A DNA stretch of 64,000 nucleotides, taken from positions 27,838,001-27,902,000 of the forward strand of contig OX597824.1 of NCBI GenBank assembly GCA_951406725.2, read 5' to 3'. Both the position numbers and the translations under genes were made by a program. This DNA is from Octopus vulgaris (Eukaryota). Below, in pieces: positions 39,886-53,890 of this stretch; the stretch's first letter is position 1, and every line of letters starts with the position of its first letter. The notes below the pieces were generated by a model, which had not been told where the DNA came from, did not search any database, and was given only the letters and a program-made list of their open reading frames with translations.

Positions 39886-40731
39886 AGAGTATATTATGAT
39901 TGCTAAAAGAAATACGGGGTGAACCTCGCACGCAGCAATTAACTCATATACATTCATTCAATCGACAAGTTTCTAATAAATTTCCATCAGCTAAATTCGC
40001 TCAACAAGGCTTAGGTCAGCTTAGGATTATATAAGAGAAGGCAACTTGTTCAAGATGGCGCTTAATGATATTGAACCTGAAATCACGTGGCAACAAAACG
40101 AATTACTTAACCACAGAGTCGTTCCTGCGTATAAAAAGCTGTACAGCTAAACCTCTACACCGACATCACAAACAGCAGTTGCAACGTAAATAACTACAAC
40201 GTAGGAAACAAGTATATGTCATTCAACATTAATCTCACCTCATTCCACAGATTAACAAATTCACGATTTGACTTCAACCGGTTAATGAAATACTTATCAT
40301 ATAAGTAATCTTGCTAATTTAATGCTACGTATCCAGAGGGGGTAATAATTTATTTCTCCAGTTCGCTACAATATTTTCCCCCACTTTTTTTGTTGTTGTT
40401 CATTTTACTGTTAAAATTGATTTTCTTGTTAATATAGTCGTTGCTATGTTATTATTTATTTTGTTGTTGTTGATGTTCCTCTTGTTGTTTTTGTTGCTGT
40501 CGTTGTTGTTGGTGGTGGTAGTGGTACTAATGTTATTGTTATTTACGTTGATACTGTAGGTGAGTTGAATTTTTCTTGCTTTTTTGCATGTTTTAGCATA
40601 AATGAATTTTCTATTTCATTACATATGCATGCATGCATCTGTATGTATATATGAATTGTATGTATGCATGTATGTATGTCTGTGTGTCTGACTAACTGTC
40701 TGTATGTATATGCATATATAAATATATGTGC

Positions 40732-40764
<33 letters not shown>

Positions 40765-40766
<2 letters not shown>

Positions 40767-41175
40767 CGCGAAAGGTGGTTGTGTTGTAAGAAGCCTGCTT
40801 CTCAACCACATGATCGCAGGTTAAGTCCTACTGCATGGCACCTTGGGCAAGTATCTTCTTCTATATCCTCGAGCTGCCCAAAGCCTTGTGAGAGGATTTG
40901 GTAGACGGATTTCGTGGATTTGGTGAGTGGATTTAGTAGAAAGAAGCTAGTCGTATATATATATATATTTGTGTGCTTGTGTTTGTTTCCCCACCACCGT
41001 TTGACAACCGATGTTGGTGTATTTACATCCCCGTAACTTGGCGGTTTGGCAAAAGGTTACCGATATAATAAGTAATAGGCTTACAAAGAATAAGTCCTGG
41101 CGTCGATTTCTTTTACTAAATGTGATGCACTAGCATGGCCGCAACCAAATGACTGAAACAGATAGAAGTATAAAA
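40765..41175 (+). mobile_element. SINE family A
   Basis: Full-length match to family A. Confidence 0.88.
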
Positions 41176-41278
41176 GCACATATATAACTTTTTACGTAGC
41201 TAGCTACTTACTTTTCTATTCATCTATATACCTGTCTGTTTCTTTGTGTGTATATCTTCGCGTATGTACTTCTACGTA

Positions 41279-41685
41279 TATTCTTTTCTAATCTAGACAC
41301 AAGGCCCGAAATTTTGTGGGTAGCGGTCCGTCTAGTCGAATACATCGACCGCAGTAAGCGACTGGTACTTAATTTATCGATCCTGTAAGGATGAAACGCA
41401 AAGTCGACCTCGGCGGAATTTGAACCCAGCACGTAAAGACGGACGAAATACCTATTTCTTTATTACCCACAAGGGGCTAAACACAGAGGGGACAAACAAG
41501 GACAGACATAGTTATTAAGTCGATTATATCGATCCCAGTGTGTAACTGGTACTTATTTAATCGACCCCGAAAGGATGAAAGGCAAAGTCGACCTCGGCGG
41601 AATTTGAACTCACAACGTAACGACAGACGAAATACCGCTGAGCATTTCACCCAGCGTGCTAACGTTTCTGCCATCCCGTCGCCTT
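41279..41685 (-). mobile_element. SINE family B dimer (full unit plus 5'-truncated unit with alternative tail)
   Basis: Two reverse-complement cores with two different tails. Confidence 0.88.
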
Positions 41686-42299
41686 TACATATACCTATAT
41701 TGAAATGTTTGTATATGTGTGTGTGTGGTGCATATATATATGTGTCTATATGTACAATTCCATATGCGACTTGTATATGTTCTTTGCAGGAGAGAAACCA
41801 CATACAGCAATATATATATACACTCAGAATCTCGCTTCTTAAGAGCTCCAGGCGAGATTTTTATTACGCAAGACAGTGCGTGTATATATTGCTGTATATG
41901 TTTATACGTCTGGTCGTAGATTGTGTGTATATGTACCAATACAGGGTGAGCGCATGCTACTTCTTTGGTATATGCCTGTAAGTTTCACTTATAATTATGC
42001 GCCTATTATCATAGCAGGATGCACAAATGGAGAATTTTTGAAATACTTTACAGATCCTCACTGTTACACTAATCTCTCTGATTAAGAGGAAAGGAGATAA
42101 TCTTTTATCTTCTGCCTTTATAAGATCTAACATTTTTTAATTTTAACTCTGTTACTTAATACGACGGTAGCTTTTGACGAACCGTTACACTCTCGAGACT
42201 TGGTGAAAAGAAACATAAATACGCACGCACGCACACTTATACATACATACATAAATACATACATACATACATACATACATACATACATACATACATACA

Positions 42300-42333
<34 letters not shown>

Positions 42334-42895
42334 CATGTATGTGTGCTTGCATGCTTGCATATATACATACATAGTTATGCATGTATGGCTACATACATAT
42401 ATACTTAGATAGATACACATATGTATGCACTCCCATATATATTTATATATTACAGGCTTCCACACAGGTTCTGTCTACGAGAGCTATAGAAGATAGTTGC
42501 AAAATGTGCGGCGCAGTGAGACTGAACCCGAAACAATCTGACTGTAAAGTGATCTTTTAACCACACAGCGCTATCTGCACCTTATAGGAATGCTTCCACC
42601 TAGGGTTATAGTGATTGCTCTAATACTAAGGGATATTTGTGAGGATAAATTCACTAGTGAGCTATAGAGTCTAATTAATATCTTGCTTTTTAGATTGAGT
42701 CTCAGGAGAGTAGCAAGACTGCTTAGCATATTTAGCCATGATCGGTTAGGTCCACCAACCTTCTAATCAATGTTCAAAATCATGTCATTAGTTGAAGAAA
42801 CGCATTCATGATATATTTGTACGATCTATATATAATAACGGTCATCTTATATATATGCAACAATTATATATATGCAACAGTTATATATATGCAAC

Positions 42896-43127
42896 AGGCG
42901 GTGAGCTGGCAGAAACGTTAGCGCGCCGGGCGAAATGCGTAGCCGTATTTCATCTGTCGTTACGTTCCGAGTTCAAATTCCGCCGAGGTCGATTTTGCCT
43001 TTCATCGTTTCGGGGTCGATAAATTAAGTACCAGGTACGCACTGGTGTCGATGTAATCGACTTAATCCGTTTGTCGGACCTTGTTTGTCCCCTCTGTGTT
43101 TAGCTCCTTGTGAGCAATAAAGAAATA
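42896..43127 (+). mobile_element. SINE family B, full length
   Basis: Close match to 19561-19792; ATATATATGCAACA-like sequence on both flanks may be a target-site duplication. Confidence 0.92.
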
Positions 43128-43383
43128 TATATATATATGCAACAATTATGGATCTGTATAATTTGAAATGTGCTTCACGCTTATGGGGTCCACATGAATA
43201 CTTGACTTCTCCACTGATGTTCCATCAGTTTCTAACAAGGGGAGACTTGCTCTTTCCGTAATGGTAATTTTGTCAAGGGAAGAACCTATGAGGAAGAAAC
43301 TCTACATAATAGGATGGAGGAAGCGCCGGCCGTGATCATGTTCGTTAACGAATTGCTAGCAGGTATCATTTATGCATATATGC

Positions 43384-43417
<34 letters not shown>

Positions 43418-43445
43418 GCATATATGCATAAATGATACCTGCTAG

Positions 43446-43497
<52 letters not shown>

Positions 43498-43596
43498 GTA
43501 TAAATTAGAGACAAAACCAATAGTATGCAACTATTATACTGTGAAATTTGATTTAATACTAAATTAAATTTTTCCCTGTAACTTTGGAGTTATACT

Positions 43597-43636
<40 letters not shown>

Positions 43637-43644
43637 ACATACAT

Positions 43645-43986
43645 ATATGGATACAAGACGTCACCAACGGTGTAAATTACAGGAAATACGTAAACAAACG
43701 ATGGGAAAACTAGTGAAGTACGTGAACAACGATTAAAAAAAGGAAAACAGGACATGTTACCACAAAGAAAAGACTCTTCATCAGTTGTGGGCTGCTTATC
43801 TACTCCTCATTTCGAGCATTGAACGACAATATGAGTCTTCAAAGAAATTTAGGATTTATAGGAACAAAAAATGACAGTGGAGAAATACAAGGAAACCGAA
43901 CAAAAACAAACATGGAAATTCGTTAGACCAGAACGGGAGGAAAATAGTGAAAGCATTTTTTTGAAAAGACAATATGAGAATATGAG

Positions 43987-43990
<4 letters not shown>
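43645..43990 (-). repeat. Unclassified interspersed repeat adjoining TA microsatellites
   Basis: Reverse complement homologous to 45990-46315 and partly to 53660-53830 and 53955-54115. Confidence 0.7.
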
Positions 43991-44059
<69 letters not shown>

Positions 44060-44769
44060 AACACAGTCGCAATAGAGGACATTAAAACATTCGGTCAGAT
44101 AGACAATAAAAAGGCGGACAGGCTAAAAAAGGCATCGGTCATTCGTGGCTTTCTTTCCTTACTCAAGTTCTAGAAGTCACGACTATTTCGGGCAGTTGCA
44201 CTTAAGATGGTTCGATCTGGTTATATATATATATATATACACACACACATATGTATATATATATATTATTTATTAATAAAGCTGCAAATACCTCACATAA
44301 ACTATTAATCAAACTTTCGTGTTCCTGTTCGTTGGACAAATTTGGTTGAGTATATAAATATATATGTATGTCCACATTAGTATATATTTATATATCTGTG
44401 TACGCACGTATGTATAGTTATGTATATGTATTATCTCTCACTGACTCTGTCACTCAATATACACATATATGTGTGCGTGCATGCGTGTGTGTGTGTGTGT
44501 GTGTATCTGTTTATGTATACACCTATTTTCATCGAAGTTACAGTTAGCGTTGGCATTGTTTACGAAGCTGAATATCAAGATCCTAAACTCTATTTTCGTT
44601 CTGCATTGGCATGTGTGTACGTGCTTAAATATACATTCAGACGTATCCATCACTTCACTCTTTCATTTTCTTCCCCATTTCTTGTCTCCTTCTCTGTATA
44701 AACACTCACGCACAAACATACACATGCTCACAAATATAAACAAGCTGATATACATACTCATATATACAT

Positions 44770-44837
<68 letters not shown>

Positions 44838-44871
44838 GAGCGTGGGGCGTATTTGTTCCCTGTATACTTTA

Positions 44872-44918
44872 ATTATTAATATTATTATTATTATCATTAT
44901 TATTATTTTTATTATTAC

Positions 44919-44982
<64 letters not shown>

Positions 44983-45058
44983 GTTATTGTTATTGTTATT
45001 ATTATTGATGTTGATGCCGTTGCTGTTGTTGTTTTTGTTGTTGATTTTGTTGCTATTA
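44872..45058. repeat. (ATT)n grading into (GTT)n microsatellite
   Basis: Directly visible. Confidence 0.95.
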
Positions 45059-45765
45059 TCATCTTTCATTCTCCTTATTTTATTGCAAGAAGATGTCTAA
45101 TCTTGCTTGTTTTAAGCCTACTCGACAATTACATTAATACAATCTTAACACCACAAAACTTAGCCCGAGAGGAAATAAGCAATCTTTATCAAGATTTTCG
45201 TCACTAAAAATTAATTTTCTCTCCAAAACAATGGCAAAGGCTTGTAAAAATTTGATGTTCGTTTTCAACAAAATCGAAATTACCTAACCAAATTTATCTT
45301 TCTGTTAATGTTAGGTATTTTTTTTCCTTATTTTCTTTTTTACCTGTCATTTTTCTTTGTTTTTTCTTTCATTTTATATTCTCAGGTTCGTAAATTTTTT
45401 ACTGTTATGTCGGTGTACGTGTGTGAGCGTGTGCTAAGACAAATATATCTTGTAATGTTAATTTAAAATTTCTCTGCTTGTTTAGCTGTATATCTAACAC
45501 TGTATTTACATAACATTTTGTTTTTCTCTATGGATTTACTGGTTTCTCCATCAATCTGTCTGTCCGTCTTTGACTGTAGTACCTGTATTTCACCTTTCTT
45601 CTCTATATTTGTATATGTATACATAGATATATGTTCATTTGTGTGCGCGCGCGTCATTTGTATATATATAGCATATTATAACACATGTGTGTGTGTGTGT
45701 GCAGTAGTGTACGGGGATGTGTGCATACCTATATATGGGCATATATATATGCATGTGTTAGTATG

Positions 45766-45829
<64 letters not shown>

Positions 45830-45909
45830 TAGATACATGTACATATGTATTTATATGAATATATATATGTGTATACATATATACGTATATACGTAAATAT
45901 ATATGTGTA

Positions 45910-46315
45910 TGCGTGACCATCCTCCATCTTTCTTTTCTTCACGTGATCAATTTTGTTTCCCTTCAGAGCTGTCGTACGTGGAGACTGCACTTATCCTATA
46001 TGCCTTTTTCTCCTGTCATGTTTGTTTTCGTTCGGTTTCCTTGTATGTCTTCACCGTCCTGTTTTTGTTACCAACTTTGACCCTCCGCAAACCCCAAATT
46101 TCAGTTCGGTTTTCGAGGGAGGAACTGCCTTCGAAGACTCATATTGTCAATCAATGTTCGAAATGAAGAGTAGATGAACAGCCGACAACAAATGAATGGT
46201 TGTTCTTTATGTTACTTGTCATATTTTTCATTTGTTTCTCTCGGTTTTTGCGTATCAACTCATTTCTTTTTGCATTTCGTGTTGTTTACGGTTAATGATG
46301 TTCTGTACCCATATA
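45910..46315 (+). repeat. Unclassified interspersed repeat, same family as 43645-43990
   Basis: Shares TTCGGTTTCCTTGTAT, GAAGACTCATATTGTC...CGAAATGA.GAGTAGAT and the ...TGTACCCATAT end. Confidence 0.7.
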
Positions 46316-46401
46316 TGCATATGTGTGTATGCATGTATGTATGTATGTATGTATGTATGTATGTATGTATGTATGTATGTATGTATGTATGTATGTATGT
46401 A

Positions 46402-46459
<58 letters not shown>

Positions 46460-46606
46460 TATATATATACATATGAAATTCAGGGTGAATACTTTCAGGG
46501 TGAATACTTGATAATTGTAAGCACCTGCATATGCCAGTTAGTGGTGTAGGTGAAAAGCCAGAAACATATGTACCGCTCAATCCTTTGCATCATGTTTCTC
46601 TTTTGA

Positions 46607-46655
<49 letters not shown>

Positions 46656-47255
46656 GGGAGAGAGAGAGAGAGAGAGAGAGAAATAGATACATACATACAT
46701 ACATACATACATACATACATACATACATACATACATACGACCTGAAGCAGGAAGCCCCTCCACCAGTACCACCACCTAACACATGTATATTTATGGAGAG
46801 AGAGAGACTGGAATAGTGGAAGTGATTTACTACTGAAACTCCAAGAAGAACTAGTAGTATTTATAATCCCATATATATTCTGGAACGTTTGAAAGCAAAC
46901 CGTCAGTAATAATCTAATGTACTCAATGTAATACCACGGATTCTATGACATGCAGAAAACAAAGTTTAACACCGGAGATTGTTTATAAAATATCTAGTTA
47001 CACCATCCTACGCATGATGATATAATTTACATAACATAACAGCTAATAATTCTTTGTCAATGGAAGGTGTGTAAGATAGTGTAACTAAATGGTTTGGAAA
47101 GAATCACTGCATGGTGTTTCTTTTACTTTCTTTCTCAAGAAAGTCTAGCGTCTGAAACGTCAGCATTTTCTTTTATTTAAGCATGAAACTGATACAACTG
47201 CTGCTAAAATATTTCACACCTACCTCGTCCGCTTTTTGTGCTCACTGTCAACTAA

Positions 47256-47288
<33 letters not shown>

Positions 47289-48189
47289 CAAGGTGGTTTA
47301 AAAAGTAGGTTTACAGTTATTCAACTAGCTCTTTCTCGTTCATATATTAAGAGTTTACATCTTAATTATAAAAAAGTAAAACTAGCAGCTAAGCCCAGTA
47401 TCACCTGGTCTGTTTGGATGATGTGGCTGTAAAACCTGAGCTGTGTACGCATTCGACTTGTTGGGCACGCTTACATTAAAAGCAATTACAGAATTACTTT
47501 TCTCTGTCAAAACGCTAAAAATAACTGACCAACAGAAAAAACCAACCAGCATTCCACCAAATCAAAAAATAAACCCAAATACTAAGCGAACAAAGATGAG
47601 CCATCCCACTTCCGTTGCACGTGGACATGCACACACACACAAACACACACATGCACACAAACACGCGCGCGCATACACACACACACGTACACACACAGTC
47701 ACATACCCCCTTTTTATATAGACACTAATATATTCACACAGAATTGAAATGCTGTTTGATTTATTTTTTCAGCGTACAAATTTCATTATCCCTCTACCAA
47801 GAATGACATCACCCCTTCTTTCCTCATTCATCTATCATCCTTTCCTATCTCATTCATTTAACACAAGAGTATTATTATAGTAGATTATCTCGGTAACCAT
47901 GGGAGCTATGACAAAACAAGAAATCCCAGCATCAACTCCGGATCATTCTACACACGTGTGTAAGTTTTCGCGCAATTCCACCCAGTTTTTGACCGTGAAT
48001 CCTAAGAGAAGGAAGAATCGCCCATGTCAATTTTATATGTATAGATATAAAACCATTATTCTATGCTAATTTATTTAATTTTGGCAAGCTAACTTTTCAG
48101 TTAAGATAAATATTTAAACGTAATATAATGTTTTAAAAGAAAGTTAAAGTGCCTCGTGATAACTGTAAACATGTTTTTGGGAGACGCTG
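47289..48189. mobile_element. Tc1/mariner-type MITE interrupted by a Helitron
   Basis: TA-CAAGGTGGTTTAAAAAGTAGGTTTACAGTTAT left end and ATAACTGTAAACATGTTTTTGGGAGACGCTG-TA right end form a degenerate TIR pair with 12 bp perfect. Confidence 0.55.
47382..48045 (-). mobile_element. Non-autonomous Helitron
   Basis: Minus strand 5' A|TCTATACATATAAAA at 48045; 3' hairpin CCAGGTGATACTGG then GCTAG|T at 47382. Confidence 0.72.
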
Positions 48190-48400
48190 TATATATATAT
48201 ATATATATATGCAAGAAATTAAAATGGCAAGGGAATAAGATATTGTCATGAGCTTCATTAGCTTTCTGCTATTAAATGGAAAGTACCCATAACTCTATGC
48301 TTGTGCATCATCCTATAACTTCACCGGAGCTATCTTCCAAAAACTAAAGTACAAATTTATTTTGGAAAGCATTTATATATATATATATATATATATATAT

Positions 48401-48561
48401 GTAGGTCCCGGGTTGATTCGGGGTTAACCACAGTAAGTAAGGTACTCAATACATAGCAGAGTAAAATTAATTTATTATATAGAAGGAGCTTCTACAGGAC
48501 TAGTACTGAAGATTTCTCTTGAATGAAACAGTACTAGTCCTGTAGAAGCTCCTTCTATATA

Positions 48562-48567
<6 letters not shown>
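48401..48567 (-). mobile_element. Fold-back hairpin mini-element with hammerhead-like loop, between (TA)n tracts
   Basis: Perfect 39-bp inverted repeat 48470-48508/48529-48567; tail on the minus strand has AATAAA and a TACTC...GAGTA hairpin like the tail at 17156-17226. Confidence 0.75.
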
Positions 48568-48601
<34 letters not shown>

Positions 48602-49449
48602 AGCTTTACCAACGAAAGACGCATAAATTTACACAAACACACGCATGTAAACACTCGCACACGCACGCGCACACAAATATAGACCAACGAATTTCTCTAA
48701 ATTAAAAATTATAAAACTTGAACATAGCCGTTATGTATCTATCTGCCTGTGTGAACGTTAATGTATTCGTGAGTGTCTTTGTGTATATGCATGTGTGGTT
48801 GCCTGTCTCTGCATTAATATCTCAAAGTATGCTTTGCACCATCACCATAGCGGTTTCAGTAATGAATCCCCTCCCAAAAATACAGTGGATGTCGAAGCCT
48901 CTTCGGTCCAAGACAACTTTTCATTGTGGTGTAAATTTTGCATTTTAAAATTCATTTCCATTCCTCCTTAATCAGATCCAGTTTGAACTCTTCATAGTTC
49001 TGGCTCTTTTTAAACCTGAAATTGAGATACGTTGCCAAAAGCCGCAGGCGGAATTGTCCACATCGACCGTCGTCCTCAGTTCTATAGAGAGGGAATATTT
49101 AGAAAATTATAAATGAAATATCTACCTAAATACGCTATCAGTAATTCCAACAGTAATTCTTTTACACATCATCAAAGAGTTAAAAGAAAATCTATTGCTA
49201 TATGAAGTAATTCGCATAGATACATATTTCCTATATCTTTATTCGGCAAATTCTGAACACCATCTTAATATGACAAACAGCAAATAGAAAGTATTTTATT
49301 GCTAAAAAAATTATAAAATGTCATTTATCATTTCCCCTAATGTCGTTTACCGAAAACTTTCGTTCAAATATCTCAGCATTATTTATTTCACACACACACA
49401 TTCATTCATACACACGCATACACAAAGGCATATATGCATATATAGTATA

Positions 49450-49486
<37 letters not shown>

Positions 49487-49674
49487 AAATGTATATATTT
49501 GTATATGCATGTATAGTATATATATGTATATATATGTTTATATATATATATATTATAAATTGCATATACATATATATATCTATATATATGTATATATATA
49601 TATGTATATACATATATATGTTTATATATATATTTGTAAATATATGTTTATATATATATATGTGTATATATATG

Positions 49675-49713
<39 letters not shown>

Positions 49714-49789
49714 CATATATATATATACATACATATATATATATACACACACACACATTATATATATGTGTGTGCGTTTGCATATATAT

Positions 49790-49859
<70 letters not shown>

Positions 49860-50020
49860 GTTCTACTTCAACTGATCAACGTTGAAATAAACTTGCAGGG
49901 GGTTGAGCTCTCCACAAACATGCCTACCTTTAACGTAGTTCTCGGGGAGATTCAGCGTGACACATAATGCCATCACGTTACTCATCTCCCTATGCGACGG
50001 AGTGTTGCTTGCAAAACAAT

Positions 50021-50968
50021 ATATTTTGTTATCCCATAGATTATTTAGTTATTTTTATATTTCTTTTATTTTGCAAAATGAAGATACGCATAGTTCTTTT
50101 TTAATCTAAAATATAATCTCCATTTTCTACAATGCTCTCTCATCTATCTGGTAGACTTGCAAAGCCCCTCTTTCTAAATTTGTTTGCGACGAAAAAGACT
50201 CCACAAGTTCTGTTCTGACCTCGTCTTCAGAATGCATATTTTTCTGTACAAATGATTTTGAAGACTACGGGATAAATGATAATCAGATGGATCAATAAAC
50301 GGAAAATATGGTGTGTAAGGCATTGTTTTGCATTCAAACTGCTCCAGTCATTATTCAGTTCAAAAAAGGTTCACACAGTAAAGAAGAGCCCACGTTCACA
50401 CTCTGCACGCGATTCGACTCGGCATATTTTTGAGGAACATTTTGACCCAATTTGCTGACCTTTCCGATGGCCCGCAGTTATTGATGTATGGCTGAATGAC
50501 CAAATGCAAGCTTCTCTGCTAGTTCCTTAACGGTTACGATAGGATTTTGTTCCACCAGGGATTGCGAGATGTCCTCGTTGAGTTCTAAAGATCTTTCATG
50601 ACAAGGCTCGTCTACTATGCTGTAATATCCGGCACAGAATTTCTGGAAACACCGTTGACACTAGCTTATTCTTATTGTTTGATCTGCATTAATATTACTC
50701 GCACTTTCCGTTGCCTTGTTGCCTATATTGAACTCATAAAGCAAAATATGCCGAATATGCTCCCCTTTCACTTTCATCGTAGCTTGGAAAAAATAACTGC
50801 TAAAATCGAACTCACTCTTCATAACTTGCATTAAGATTATGTTGAAGGTAAAAATTAATAACTACTTTAATAGCAGGTTGATGCCGGAGGTTTATCCTGT
50901 CCCCCTCCGAGTTTTAGTTCATGCAATTGAAAAAAAAAAACTGTATTATTTATGTGATGACCCAATAC
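50021..50968 (-). mobile_element. Decayed, internally deleted mariner transposon
   Basis: Minus strand from ATG at 50777: MKVKGEHIRHILLYEFNIGNKATESASNIN...LVEQNPIVTVKELAEKL; C-terminal PSDYHLSRSLQNHL; TIR TATTGGGTCATCACATAAATAAT at the right end and a degenerate partner near 50021. Confidence 0.85.
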
Positions 50969-51077
50969 AATGCTATCCAAAAACAAACAGTTATTGAGTT
51001 CATACATAGACATCTGCCTAAGGAATAAACATATACACTGTCACAGACCGGCCCTGCTGGTCCGTGACAGTCTGAAT

Positions 51078-51445
51078 ATTTTTACCTCCGCCTTAGCGAA
51101 GGCCGAGATATTGTCTTCGGTCGTGTTTGTTTGTCCGTGGACAAGTTATCTCAAAAAAAGCTGTGGATGGATTCGCATGAAACCTTTAGGGATGTTTGAC
51201 CTTGTGACTGGCACGAACTGATTAGATTTTGGGGATCGATCGGGTACTGGACAAGGATTCTGGATTATTTTTCCTGTTTTTTTTACTTACTTTTGGAGAG
51301 CGGTCGGGTTCAATTTTAGTATTCTCGTTTGTGAGAGTAGTCGAGTTTATTTCAGATATTCTTACTTTCAAAATCATTTCCTGCTAATCATTGAGAGGAC
51401 GTTGGTGTTGCCTTGTTGGAAGACTCTACTATCTGAATTCTTTTG
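51078..51445 (+). mobile_element. Non-autonomous Helentron-type (HINE/DINE-1-like) element
   Basis: Begins TTTTTACCTCCGCC, followed by GTTTGTTTGTCCGT microsatellite-like motif, ATCTCAAAAA...GGATGGATT...ATGAAAC and GATTAGATTTTGG, an architecture typical of this class. Confidence 0.6.
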
Positions 51446-51889
51446 TTACTATTAAATCAAAGTAAAACAGAATAAATTACGAACAATCGTTTCGGAACTT
51501 ACACATTCTATATGCAGATTATAAATTTGTTTTATACCGATAATTTGTGCATTTGGATTTGTGAGTGAATGTTTGAGCGACTAACTGGACACGCTGGTGC
51601 TTTCAGGAAATAAAATTAACGCATATTACAATTACACACATTACAAATACAATCTCTCAACCGAACAGAAACAATATGTAAGAATTTCCTTAAGTTCAAT
51701 ATATGATATTCTTTTTGTTTACTGAAATTTCAACAATGAAATTGGTATCATTGTTAGAAACCAGCTTTAACCTTACAGGAAGAATTTCAAATACAAATGG
51801 AGGTGACCATACACATATACGCAAATACATCCACCTAACCACACACACACACACACACACACGTGTTATATGTGTACGTATGTTTATAT

Positions 51890-52056
51890 GATAGATCGCT
51901 AGCCACTACACATTTTTTATTTTCCCTCCCTGTTTCTTTCTGTGGAAGAGCATAAGCTCGAAATGTTAAATACATTTTCGCTTCTCGAGAGTTAAACTAA
52001 TACATCTGTTTGTTGTCTACACCACCTGTATTCGTCTTTTTTTTCGGTGAACTTAT
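51890..52056 (+). mobile_element. Short interspersed element with degenerate minimal hammerhead fold
   Basis: TCTTT CTGTGGA A GAGC ATAA GCTC GAAAT GTT AAATA at 51935-51972; homologous to 12440-12615; ends in (TA)n. Confidence 0.7.
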
Positions 52057-53094
52057 TATATATATATATATATAAATTAAATATACATACATAAATATAC
52101 ACACATAATGCACACAGTCACAGATTCACACACACAGAGACACGTATATATACACACTCACAAACATATATATATTTATAAATAATATGATATACACTAG
52201 TCTGAATATTTTGGATAGGCAATGGTGCCACATTTGACCATGTCTCAAGCTTATGTTAACAAAAACATATCTACGTGTGTCGGCGTGTGTATGCGTGCGT
52301 ACGTATGTGTGTGTATGTCTGTTTGTACGTGTGTTTGTGCGTGCGTGTGTGTGTGTATGTGGCGGGGGGTGGGGGGTGAATGTCAAACTGGCATCATGAA
52401 ACCAGACAAGTGTAGAACCATTGTCTGCCGCTGACTACATTACCAGCACTAACATCATCAAAAGACGAATTTAAAGTTTGAACGCACACAATACCCCATG
52501 ATTGTCATACCAATTATAAAATTACTACAACATTCTCCGGACCGCAAACAAAAAAGTAAAAAAAAAAACATAACACGCAATCAGACAGCATGATGGGGAT
52601 TCATTTCAAAGCTAGAGACCATTTACGTCACAAATGCGAAGAGTTTACGTGAAAGGATATATACACATAAAAGTTACGTCACAATTCATCAACGTTGATG
52701 CATAGGATTAAAAGAATCTTAATGCTTAGTTACAAAAGGAAAGAAGTAACATAATCTTGTTATTATTCTTACTTAGACAACATCTTTCAATGGCAGACAT
52801 TATGTAAAGACAAGAAACCATTTCCGTTCAAAGCAGAGAAGCAGTTTTAGAGTGCCCCGCTCCTTATCTTCAGATCACATCATTTCTTCCAATCTTCCCA
52901 TCTTTCTCCCGCTATTTCGTCCTCTGCCTTTCAACTTCCCCCATCTCATTCTGTTTATTTTTCGCTCCTTTACAGCTTTTCACACTTCCTATCTATTTAT
53001 CTTTCGTCGCCTCTTAAATATGCCTATATATATATGTATGTGTGTATGAATGTATGTGTGTATGTATGTATGTATGTATGTATGTATAAACATA

Positions 53095-53530
53095 TTTGTG
53101 TGGTAAATAGCCTGATTACCAGCCACTGGTTCCGGGTTCAGTTCTACTGAGTAACACTTTGAGTAAATATCTTCTACTATTGCCTCGGGCCGACCAAAGC
53201 CTTGTGAGTGGATCTGGTAGAAGAAAACTGAAAGTAGCCCGTCGTATATATATATATATATATATGTGTGTATGTATGTATGTATGCATGTAGGTATGTA
53301 TATAAGTATGTATATGGTCTTGTGTCTGTGTTTGTCCCCCAACATCGCTTGACAACCGATGTTGGTGTGTTTATACCCCCGTCATCTAGCGGTCCGGCAA
53401 GATAGACTGATAGAATATATACCAGGCTTACAAAGAATAAGTGCTCGGATCGATTTTCTCGAATAAAAGCGGTGCTCCAGCATGGCCGCTGTCAAATGCC
53501 TGAAACAAATACAAAATAAAAGATAAAAGA
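53095..53530 (+). mobile_element. SINE family A
   Basis: Full-length match to family A. Confidence 0.88.
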
Positions 53531-53544
53531 TACAGATATATATG

Positions 53545-53598
<54 letters not shown>

Positions 53599-53599
53599 C

Positions 53600-53830
53600 A
53601 CACATATGCACACACACATACACAAATATATACATACGTATACATAAATACATACATACAGACACACGAAATGAGTAGATAGACAGCGGACATTTGATGA
53701 AGAGTTCTTTCTCTGTGTTTGTCATGCTCTCAATTTTATTCTCGATGTTTAATTACTTCACTCTTTTCCCTCGTTTGTTTTCGTATTTCATGTCACTTGC
53801 ACCATTGTTGACGTCCTGTAACCATTTATG

Positions 53831-53890
<60 letters not shown>

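Noticed and set aside
48840-49080. Possible Tc1 C-terminal remnant on the minus strand (EEFKLDLIKEEWK)
   Set aside because: One short motif only, no TIR located.
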